A stretch of DNA of 64,000 nucleotides from Rhizaria sp. SCN 62-66 (lineage: Eukaryota). Location of the stretch: the NCBI GenBank assembly GCA_001724265.1, contig MEDY01000205.1:1-64000 (forward strand), in the 5' to 3' direction. The notes beneath the pieces are model-generated. The model was not told the origin of the DNA. It worked only from the letters and a program-made list of their open reading frames with translations, and ran no database searches. Position 1 is the stretch's first letter, and the number at the start of each line of letters is the position of its first letter. Position numbers and translations under genes: made by a program. Positions 53,515-64,000 of the stretch are shown piece after piece.

Positions 53515-56500
53515 GTTATCGTTCATCGCCTTAGACTTAGGCTTAGAGCGCTTCTCGTTCGTACCGATGCTGCTGTTCATGTTGACGCTGTCGGGGATAG
53601 CTGTGGAGAGCAGCAGCAAGTCAGGCAACGACTGCGCGCGCGCCAGCGCCTGTGCAAGCACAGCAAGCGAGTTATCACAGTCACCGTGAGCCCACTGAGC
53701 CATCACGCGCAGGGTCTCGACAGCGCGCGCGACCACGTGCTCGCAAGAGCCCACGTCGCAGTCAGAGTCACATTCAGCGCCATCGGTGGCATAATCGTTG
53801 CGATTGCCGTCTTGCTGCGGTGACTTCTGAGTCGGTGATGACGCGAACGTCTCCCACACACTCGTGCGCGCCAGATACGGCGCGATGCCGGCTGCCGTGT
53901 TCTTGGCACGGTCAGCGGCCTTTGCGGCGTCGTCTTGGCTAGAATCCAGCAGGCTCCTCGGCACCTCGTCAGACCAAGTGACCGTGGCGACCGGGTTCAC
54001 GGCGGCCTGTGCGCAGTCCCAGTCCCAGGTGCAGCGTGAACCAGCCTGGTCGTGAGCATCGCTCCGAGCCTGAGACGGCTTCTTCGTCGACTGGGGCTTA
54101 GACGACCTGCTACCATCCTTGGCAACAGAAACGGCAACTGCATTGGTCTTAGACTTGCTCATAGTCGTAGTAGAGACATTGCCGCGACTAGTGCAGTTGA
54201 TATTGTTCTTAGACGAGTACAAGAAAGCCGTAAGCGCCGACGTCACATCCGCCGCGCCAGTACTCCAGCTCACCGTCACCGCGGTCGGCGACCAGCCTGC
54301 GTACAGAGCGCTGCGCGCATTGCCGATGATGACGCTGATGTCCAACGGCGCGGCCGTGCTGGCGCGAGAGTTGCTGGAGTCGCGGCACGCGCGCACAACG
54401 CGGATTCCGCTCACGGGCTGGTATGCTGTCGCGCGCGCAATTGCCAACGCGGCCACGTCAGCGACATCCACGTCACCACGTGTGTGTGTGTCGGAGCGAG
54501 CGCTGTCCGCGTCAGTCATACGACTCGTGCGAGCGCCACCAGAGACAGCCGACTTGCTTGCTGCAGCAGTGCTGGTTGCGCTGGAGCTGGCAGTAGCGAG
54601 AGACTTGTGGTGAGTCAGCCAAGCTGCTGTGCCGCCGGGGGAAAGCGATTGCGCAGAAAGCACCAGGATGCGTGGATCAACGCTGATCCTGGCGCTTGCG
54701 TCACGGTTCGCGTCACGCTTCACTGTGTTACTGCAGACGAGAGCGACGTCGTCGCTCTCAGCTCCACTCGCGCTCGCACTCGCACTAGCATTAGCGCTGG
54801 CAGCGTCGGCGGCGAGCGCGCTCTTCTTGAACATGCGCTGGATCTCCGGGTCAGAGGGGGCGCGCGCATACGTCGCCGCCATCAGCCACGGCGTCGGCGC
54901 GTGGTCAGTCGTGTAAGGTGTCCACAGCTCAGGCATCAGCGACGCGCTCAGCGCTGCAGAGGTCAGAATGCCGCTGCTGAGCACCAACGTTGGCAGCGAC
55001 GCGCGCACGAACTCACCGTTCGAGACTGCGACAGTAGCGGCAGCGCTGCTGAGATCAGGAAGCATGACGTTGCCAAGCTCATCGAGCACGAGCGTCTTGT
55101 AAGTGGCTGCAGTGGCCATGCGCTTGTGGCGTGCCGCTGCCTTGGCCGCAGCCCGCGCCGCGCGCGCGATACGCTTGCTCTCACGCGCTGGCACAGCAGA
55201 GAGATTCGTGCTCGCACTCGTCGTGTTGAGGTGCGTCACGGCGGCTACGGCGGCCTTCTCGGCGGTCTTGACAGCGGCGGTGGCGTCTTTGTGATCTTTC
55301 GTCGAGCTGATGCCGAGGCCAGGCACGAGAATGCCCGCGAGCGCCGCCGGCGAGCCCACAGTCACCCCCGCCGCGGCCCCCGGGGCGCGCGACGCTGCTG
55401 CTGAGGCCGTCTCGCTGCGCGCGGCCACTGTCGCGTCTGCGGGCGCGAGAGCGGAGACCTCGAAGTGCAGGTACTGAGGCGCGCCATCGTAGAAGGCCGG
55501 AAGCGTCCAGTTGAAGTGAGACGTGGACGCGGCGGACGCGGCGTCAGCGCCGGCGCCGCCAACGTCGAGCGCGGCTTCGAAGTCGATGAACGACGCGTGC
55601 GTGCGCAGGCAGGCGGCCGCGACCGCAGACAGTGCCAGCGTCGATACCGCTCCACCGACGCTGCCACTGCTACTGCTAGCTTCTTTGTGTGGCAGCGGCA
55701 GCAGCAGCGGCGGGAGCAAGATGCCTGCGTCGGTGAGATGGCTCGCGCGCGCTGCGTCAAGCATGCACATGCGCAGCAGACGCGAGCGGAACGCGTCGCG
55801 CACAGGCGGGGGCGGCAGGAAGCATTCGTCATCGAGATGGCCTGCGCGCGAGCGGGAAGTTATGTCACCAGGTGCGCCGAAACCGTCAAGAACGGTGAGC
55901 TCCCAACCAGCAGCGTCGCCAGTTGAGCTCGATACGGTCAGGTCAGCGTTATCGCCGCTCTTGCTGTTGTTGTTGCTTGTGATCAAGACGTCGATGTCAG
56001 CAGCGTGAAGCTTGCAGTCCGCCCATGGCACGGCATCAATGACGGCGGCGAGATGCGTCGGCCGCATGCGCACGCACACGGACTCGCCCGCCTCGGCGGA
56101 AAGCATCGACAGCCAGCGCGCAGAGTCGCTGACAAACGTCGCCGGCGCGGGCGCGAGTGCGTGCGCACACAGAGCGTCGAACGCGGCGCCCGCGGTCTCA
56201 CTATTAGACAGTGCTTGATGTGCTTCGCTCACGCACGCAACGCTCGCAGGCTGGGAGGTTCTACTAGTCTTGCTCTTGCTCAACTTGACGTCACGGCTGA
56301 TGGAAGAGCGCTTGCTTTGCGCCGAGGAAGCAAGCAGAGCGCGTGTGATCCGGCGCGCTAGACGCTCGGCATTGACAGCGGCGACGGCCTCCTCGATGCG
56401 ATTCGCCAGAGCAGCCGCGCGCGAGCTCGCACCGTCGGCCGTGGCCCAGAGCAGAGGGTTCAGGTCCTGAGCCAAGCCTGCCGGCTGGGTCGCCAGCGCG

Positions 56501-59500
56501 GGCACAGCGTACCCCGCGGTGTGCGCGTCGACCTTGGACGTCAGCTTGAAGCCGCCGCTGGAGTCGTCCTCGACCGCCGCCGCCGCCGCCGACACAGTCT
56601 GAGCGGCAGAGTGAGTTGCGGCGTCGCCGTACTTCTTCTTTGTCGCGTGCAAGTCCGCGGTCAGTAGCGCGTCCGCGGGGTCAGTTTCGCCGGTTGTACT
56701 GTCCAGCTTCGCCACATCACGCGCGTAGTCGCCCGCACACAGCGCGGCGTGCCGCGCAGCCGTGAACATCGCACAGCGCGTCCAGTCGCCCTCAGGCCGG
56801 CGCACCGACAGGAAGTCCCTTGGTGTCACGGCGGCGGCCGCGGCGAGGAAGTCGACACGGGTGAGGTACGGAAGCTCGTCCAGAGGCAGCAGCGCGTTGT
56901 CTGCCAGGGAGAGGCGCGCGCGGCGCGGCGGCGGCTGCGCGAAGGGGTTGTACGTCGGCGTCGGCGCGTTTGCGTTTGCAGTCACCGTCGTGGCACCGTC
57001 CTTGCCAGCCGTGCTTGAATCAGCGCCGCTAGGGAGACTGTTGGCATTAGGGTCAAGCGCGGTCAGCGAGTACAGATAAGCGCGCCACGCTGTCTCTGTC
57101 TCAGCCTCATCATCAACGTCGTCATCTTCAGCATTAGCGCTAGAGCTAGAGCTTGCTGTGCTGCTAGAGTTGTTAAAATGAGCAACCGCGTCTGGATTAG
57201 CGCGCGCCCATGCAGCGTACTGCAAGAGCCCGCGCTTATACAGCGCAGTCGCACGCGACAGTGCGCGCCGGAAGCGCGCGGGGCCCAGCACAGAGCGCAC
57301 GGTCGCAATCGCGCCTCCGCGCGGTGCGAACGGCAGGCTCCGGGACACGGCGCGCGAAACTGCACCCGAGCTCGGCAGCGCCGTGGACTGCGCGGCGACG
57401 GAGTCTGCGGTCTCAGCGTCAGAGTCGGAGTCGGACCGTGCCTCTGGGTCTTCTTCTCCTGAGTCCGGATCTGACTCCGAGTCTGCGAGAGCGGGGAACG
57501 GGCAGTCGAAGTGGAGCCGCGCCAGGGCCCTAGTGCGGTCGCGCGCGGCGACGCTAAAGGCACTGCGCAACGCCGCTTCCTCGCTGCGCGTCGGCAGCAG
57601 TGAGAAAACGAGCGTGTCACCATGCTGCGGCCGCACTGACTGCGCCAGCGTGGTGCGCAGTGCGGCCGCGGCGGATGCGCTTAACGGCCCCGCATCGCTC
57701 ACGACGTAACCAACGCTGTCCGAAGCCACCGCTGTCCCTGCTGTGGGCTTGAGGGAGCGGGGGCGGGGAGTCGGGAGGTAGTAGGAGTGAGGCGACGCCG
57801 CACACGGGGTCTTAGCATCACTGCTGCTGCTGCTAAATGCCGCGGGAGGCGGCGTCCTCACGGCCGAGCTGGCAGTGCTAGAACCAACGCGAGTCGGGCT
57901 GAGCGGCGCGGCCAAGCTCGCGGCGGCCGTGGCAGCGGCGGCGGCGGCAGCGTGCGCGCGCGCGGCCCCAGAGAGCGTGCCGTCGCGGGAGCCCGCGTGC
58001 GTGTAGAGTGCGCGCGCCGTCTCGCCCACAGCGGCCGCGTCTACGGCGGCCGCGTCGCTCTCGCCACTGCTGCTGCTAGCGGAGGCCGCGTTGGCGCCCT
58101 CGACGGTGACCGTGAGCGCGGGCAAGAAGGGAGCGAGCGCAGTGTCTAACGCCGTCAACAGACGCTCAGCGCGGGTAAGCACCAGCGCCGCAGCGGCATC
58201 GGTAGACAGAGCGGACGGGTGATCGCTGTTGTAAACGCTGTTGACGAGGGAAAGGAACTCAAGCTGATGCGAGAACATGTGCGCGATGTCGTCGTCGGTT
58301 GCAGCAACAGCACTATTATTCTTTTTGGCACTTGCACTTGTGCTCGCAGCGTTGTTGTTGGCAGTAAAATCGCAGAAGAGCTTGATGCTGCTGATGATCT
58401 GGTGAAGCTCTGCAAGCTCCAGCTCCATCCCAGCCGTCTCAACGCCAGCGCCAGCGCCAGTGCGGCTCTCAAGCTTGACACCACCGTTCGGTTTACTGTT
58501 GGCTTTGCTGCTGCTGCTGCTGCTTAAACTGGTGGCGGCGGTGGTGAGAGCTGCAATGCGGCGCTTGCAGTCGTCCGCGCGCGCCGTGAGGACGGCGCTG
58601 GCTTCTTGCAACGCGTGCAACAAGCGCGCGCGCACAGAGGGCAGCGGCACGAGCACACGCGTCGCGCCCATCCCAGCTACCGCCGCGTCCCCGCGCGCAG
58701 TCGCCGCCGCCGCCGCCGCCGCTGTCACCGGGCTGGTCGCCTCGGCGTCGGCCTCGGCCTCGGCGCGGAGAGTGCGGTGGATGACCGTCAGCGTGTCAGC
58801 GAAAAACTCGCCCCGCGCAGTCAACTGGCCGTGAGCATGACCGTGGGCGTGACCGTGGGCGGGGCTGAGACTGTTGGAGCGCGCGTTGGGACGGAGGGCG
58901 GCGGCGGACCCCAAGAAGCCCCTTTGCAGCAGCAGCACACGCGCACGCAGAAGAGTCGCGGCGAGCGCTGCGCCGTTGTCGAGCGCAGTGGCACCGACGT
59001 AGAACATCTGCTGCGTGGAAGCGTCAAAGAACTTGATGTGCAGTGTCATACGTACTGACTCGGTCGCGCTCGCTGCAGGCGCCTCCGCCGCAGCGGTGGC
59101 AGTGGCGGCGGCAGAGTTCGAGTCGGTGTCACTAGACGGGGGCATGATGGATGGCACGGGCGGCGCCGGGAGACGCTTAGCAACGGCACCAGCGCCATCG
59201 GCATCAGTCATGCGCATCGCACCACTCGAACGAGTGTTGCTGTCACTCTTGGCGAACACGGTAACGAGCGCAGGGTGAACCTTCGCGCCCTCAGCGGCAT
59301 TCGCAGCAAAAGGAGCAGCAGCAGCAGTAGTCTGGGCCGCCGCGTCGCTGTCCGTACCCCAGAGCAAACCGATGTTGATGCGGTCATCCGTCAGAAACAG
59401 CGCGACGTCACCGCGGGTGCCTGGGTGGAGCTTGCGCACCTCGCGCTCGACCTGGGCGACCCCATGCTCCGTCGCGGCTGGCGCGGTCACGCCGGGCTCG

Positions 59501-62500
59501 CAGGCGTCCAGGCCGCGGAGTGCGGCGGAAGCGGAAGGCGCGGGGGCAGGGACGGGGGCGAGAGCGGGCAGCAGAGCCGAGGCCGGACCGAGGCAGGGCA
59601 GCAGTGCGTGCAGGCTCGCCTTGTCCGCAGCAGGAGTGGTCGCAGCATTAGTAGAGGCAGACTGCCCCGCCAAACTGGAGAGGCCGAGCGCAGTTGCGAG
59701 CCCGCGCTCGATGTTGGCGACAGTAGGGACGCTGTTCGCCGTCGAAGCAGTTGCAACAGGAGCAGCAGCAGCAGCCGCAGCACTCTTATCAGCGCTCGCG
59801 TGAGCGTCTGAGATCGCACCGGGCGTGCTAATCATAGTGTACAGCGCCGACCGAGGAGGCACTGGCGCTGCCGCGCTCGAAGTCAGGAAACTCTTGAGGT
59901 TGCTCTGCTGCGGCCCCGTTGCTGCCGCGCCGGTCACAACCGCATTCGCAGCGGCGGCAGCCATTTTGACTGCCTCGCTCGTGATGGCCGCAGTATCGAT
60001 CGCACCTGCCTTGCTTGCGCTCTCATCCACGCGCGCGCCAGCGGCAACGCCAGCGGCAGTGTGAATGCTAGCCTTGGCGCTGGCGTTGGCGTCAGTTGGT
60101 AGCAGGGGCATGAGGCGCCATTGCGAGGCTCGACCGGGAGCGTCCTTGCGTGGGGCTTGGTACAGCAGAGACACGGAGCAAAACGGCGACACTGGCGTCT
60201 GGGCAGCTGGGGGGCCCGCAGCGCTGGAGCCAGAAGTCAGGTCGCGTTGCCTGGAAGTTAGGCCGCCGAGCGCGGTGACGAAGCAGGAGCTGCTGAGTTG
60301 TGCCACGGCAGACGCCTCGAGCAGCGCAACTGCAGCCACCGAGTCCGCGTCAGATTCAGTACACGTGACCGTACTCGTGCTATATGGACCACTGGTATTA
60401 CGGTGCACGGTGTTGTTATTGAGGCAAGCGGCGACCGCGGCGACGGCGGAAGCTGTGGCAAGCGCTTCACTGCCGGGGGCTGCCGACTGCGGCGCGGTCG
60501 CAGCAGCAGCGGCGGCAGCAGTGGCGGCAGACACGGCGACAGGCGCGAGCAGCGAGCGCGCGCAAGGCACAGGCGTGAAGCCAGGCAGAACCAGCCCATT
60601 GCTGTGGGAAATATCACGAGTCACAGCGGAAGCACTTGAGTCAGTATCACTCATGGTGCTGCCGCTGCTGCTGTGCGATTTGTGGTTCGTGTTGTTGTGG
60701 TACGATGCAACCGCTGTGCGCGCAATCCAAGCAAGCGCAAGCGAAGACACGGGCGCAACGGCGTGCGTGCGCGGCGGCGGCGCGTGCGGCTTAACTTCCA
60801 CATCCGCGCTAACCCAGGCGGGGTGCAGTGGCGGCGCGCAGGCAGCCAGCGACGGCGGCGTAATCGCCAGCGCTTGGCCAGAAAATGCCGCAAACTGCTC
60901 TCCAGCTGCTGAGTCAGAAGCAGGAGAAGCAGAAGCAGCAGCAGAGTTGCGGTGCTTGCGGTCGCCAACCGCCATCGCGCGCAGCCCGGCGCGCACGACG
61001 GGGTGCATCAGCGGCGTGAAGCGCGGGACAAGGCTGTCAAAGCCGCCGCCGACGGGGCCGGCGACGAGCGCGGCCTGCGAGATGACGACGGTGCGCTGGA
61101 CCGTGCACGCGACGAGCTGCTGGCGCGCGCGGAGTGCGGCCTCGACGGGGGGACGGCGGAGGTCGCGCATGAGGTGCAGCGGCGGCCGCACGCGCACGAA
61201 TTGCTCTGCCGGCGTGAACGGCGCGGTGATAACGGCGGCGCGCGCGGGGGGAAACTTGCGCTGGGTGGCGGCACCGCCACCGTTGCCGCGGGAGAGGACT
61301 GAACGCGACAGAGAGAAAGACAAAAGCTCTGTAGCCGCAGTTGCGGCGGCAGCAGCAGCGGCGGCGGCGGCAGCGGCAGTAGCAGCTGAGGAGGAGACCT
61401 CAAGAGCGGCGACGGCGGACGACGGCAGAAGAGGTTTATCGCTGCCAACACCACGCGCGCGCACACTCGGATCAACAGCAGCAGCAGCAGTAGCAGCAGT
61501 GCTGGGGTCGACAGGCTCCGTCTTGCCAGCGGCCAGCACCAGCGACGCAATGCTGCGCGCAACGGCGCTAGAAGCACGCGCACTCGTACTCGCGCTCTCA
61601 GCGTCAATGCAAGCGCTGCCAGCGGCGGCGGCGATGAGGGAGGTGCTGAGCGACGACACCGACTGCAGCTGCTGCTGTTGTTGCTGCTGCTGAAGGCACA
61701 GTGCAACAAGCTCAGCGTTGCCACCCGAGGCCACCACCGCCGCAGCCGACGCCGACGCAGTCGCCGTAGCCGTGCCAGTGCCAGTGGCGGTCAGCGACGC
61801 AGACGCAGAGGCAGAGGCAGATGCCGTCGGTGCGCGTGTAGAGATGTGACCGGGGACGGCGGGTGGCGGCGGCACGATGCCGAGACGGCGCGCAAGCGGG
61901 TGAAACACAAATGGATCGCCATCGCCGACGCTGTCGCCGTCGCCGCAAGCAACATTCGCAGCCCTCCTCTCGCCCTTGGCGCCGCCCTCGCTCTTGACCT
62001 CGCTTTTAACCGGAGAGCCGCAGACGCCCGCGGCGGCATTCGCCGCGGCGGAGCTGCAGCCAGCGCCGCGGAGCGCGGCCGCGATTGCAGCCGCAGCCTC
62101 GGCGGGCGTGTCGTCGCAGTAGCGCGTGTGCGAGCGGCGGATGTACATCAGCATATACGCCCCGGTGCCGCTGCGCCTGTTGCCGCCGCCGCCGCCGCCG
62201 CCGCCGCTGTGGAGCCCCCAGTCGTTGGCCACGCCGCCACAGGCCAGATCGCCGCCGGCGAGGGCGGTGGCGGCGGGCTTGAAGGCGTCTGTACCGAAGT
62301 TTGCGTCCACGGCGTCGACTTCGGAGACTGGGGTGACGGAGTCGTCATCGAAGCGCCACCACTGGCTGCGGGTGTAAGCGGGACCGACGACCGGCACGGT
62401 AGCGTCTGCGGGAACGTTATCATCAACATCGTCATCAGAGCCAGAGCTCAAGCCAGACGTTTCGCTCTTGTGTGAGTCGCTCATAGCAGTCTTCTTGTTG

Positions 62501-64000
62501 CTGAGACGAGAGTCAGAGATGTTGTTGTTGATGGCCGCCGCAGCCGCAGCGGCAGCAGCAGCGGCGGCTGTCGCCTTGTCAGCGAGAGAGCTACTCGTGT
62601 CCTTGTCCTTCTTCTTACTCCTGTCGCTGTTCGCATCAGAGTCGCTGCTGCCGTTGCCGCCGGCCTTGCGGAAGGGCGCGCGCGCAAGCTCCGCCGCAGA
62701 GCGCACCGGCAAGATAGGTCGCACAAAGTTATAGTAGTGTCCGCCGTCAATGCCGCCAGAGTGTACTAGCACAGCGTGCAGATCGTACACGAGCGTCTCG
62801 GGAGCGCGCGCGCCGTCAAACGGGTCTTCAGACACCCACACGTCCGATCCACTGGCGTTGGCGCCCTTCGGCCACGCAACAATCACCTCGTTGTCCTTGT
62901 TATTGCCAGTCGCATCGGCGGCGGCGTTTGAGTTCGCCGCTGTGGGGGCAAGCGCAGGAGGCGCAGCGGGCGTCGCGGTGTTGCTGCTGCTGTTGCTGGT
63001 CGCCGCGGCATCGGCAGCGTGCAGCGTGCCAGTGAGCGTGGCCGCGTTCACGGTCACGGTTGTCGTCGCATACTTGAGCTTCTGCTGCCGCTCACGTTCA
63101 GCCCTCGCTTTCTCACCCGTGACGTCGTCATCGGCATGGGTGTCGCGCGCAGCTCCAGGCCCAGCAGCAGCAGCAGCCGCCGCAGCAGCAGCCTCGGCTG
63201 CAGCAACCGCGGCCTGCTCGGCGATCCTCGCCGCGGCGGCCGCGATAAGCGCTAATTCCTGCGACACAAACGGTGCGAGATCGATCGACGTGGGAAACTC
63301 GAACCGGTCGTTGACTTTTTCCATACTATCGCTCATCACATCATACTGGAAGCGTTTGAGCTGGACTTGCAGCACCGGTGGCAGCCGCAGCAGGCGCGCC
63401 GAGCGCCGCATGGCCTGACGGCCAAACTTCTCAGTCTTGATCATGTTGTCGCCGTCCATGACCTCCGCCGCGAGGTACGCCTGCAGAGACTCGGCCAGTC
63501 CACGGTGGCCGCGCACAGCGAGGCTCAGGTCGTAAAAGCGCTGAATGTGCATCGTCCGCAGCGGCACGTTGAGCGCCTCTGAGCAAGTAGCTTCTAAGCC
63601 GCAGAACAGGCGCGCAACGCAGCCCTCGACGACGGAGTCCTGGGTCACGTGTTCCAGCTTATCCAGCAGCAGCCGGGAGAACTCCTGAGCGTCGTGCTGC
63701 GTAAACGCCTCCGCCGTGCCCCAGCCGAACGCGCCGGTGAGTCCGACCGTGCTCGCAGCGGTGCCGGGCCGCGACTGCATCTGGTAGAAGAGCCGCTGCA
63801 TTTCGCGCGCGAACCCGCGGTCGCCCTCGGAAGCGGCGGGCACCGGCGGCAGCAGCGCTCGCAGACGCGCGCGCACGGCGGGCGAAGCACCGCGGACGGC
63901 GGCGTCGAGACGCGCGCGGAGACTGCCGCACGGGTCCGCGGCGCCCGTTTGCTGCGGGGCAAAGTAGACCATCTTGCGAAAGCGGGGGATGTGGAACAGC
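48665..64000 (-). CDS. USP7: USP7/UBP15-like ubiquitin-specific protease (peptidase C19), 5'-partial, >5,000 aa, with an apparent 1-nt frameshift at ~53515
   Basis: Motifs LFHIPAFRKMVY at the window edge, QHDAQEFSRLLLD, FYDLSL, LPPVLQVQLKRFQYD...KVNDRFEFP, His box YDLHAVLVHSGGIDGGHYY (~62730-62787), WWRFDDDSVT, AYMLMYIR, and UBL-like LHIKFFD...YVG and HGDTLVF. The Cys box lies beyond the window. ORF 48665..53329 is reached by reading the repeat as poly-GAT (Asp), and ends RQLRI-TAA, similar to the USP7 C-terminal peptide (AIKI). Confidence 0.82.
53422..53514. repeat. Perfect (CAT)31 / (GAT)n trinucleotide microsatellite inside the USP7-like CDS
   Basis: 93 nt of uninterrupted CAT on the + strand. 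Confidence 0.95.

Noticed and set aside
1-64000. Suppressor tRNA-CUA, other tRNA/rRNA genes, CRISPR arrays, operons or prokaryotic defence systems
   Set aside because: No cloverleaf, rRNA-like or repeat-spacer structure recognised by eye. Spliceosomal introns and gene content show a eukaryotic nuclear locus. A tRNAscan-SE/Infernal run is needed to exclude small RNAs.

Overview
Gene-dense eukaryotic (protist) nuclear DNA. Exons are GC-rich, intergenic spacers are short and AT-rich, and there are six short AT-rich GT-AG introns (133-207 nt). I find 13 well-supported protein genes: divergent importin-alpha-like ARM protein; ~4,700-aa kelch/EGF/REJ/GPS polycystin-1-like receptor; sequon-rich GPI-type surface protein; membrane-anchored phytochelatin-synthase-like enzyme; Lys/Ala-rich protein; tandem-PH protein; XLF/NHEJ1; TFIIH p44; small SLX4IP-like protein; long Ala-rich coiled coil; CFAP157-like; ABI-like WAVE subunit; and a 5'-truncated, greatly inflated USP7-like deubiquitinase. 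Main observation: eight in-frame TAG codons interrupt four otherwise intact genes. No in-frame TAA or TGA interrupts any of the 13 genes, and all 13 end in TAA (9) or TGA (4). This indicates a nuclear genetic code in which UAG alone is a sense codon (Gln favoured by context, Leu not excluded) while UAA and UGA remain stops. Also present: a one-base frameshift at a (GAT)31 tract in the USP7-like gene, a 59-bp dispersed repeat, and a TA-flanked palindrome resembling collapsed Tc1/mariner ends. Family assignments come from motifs recognised by eye; no database searches were run.
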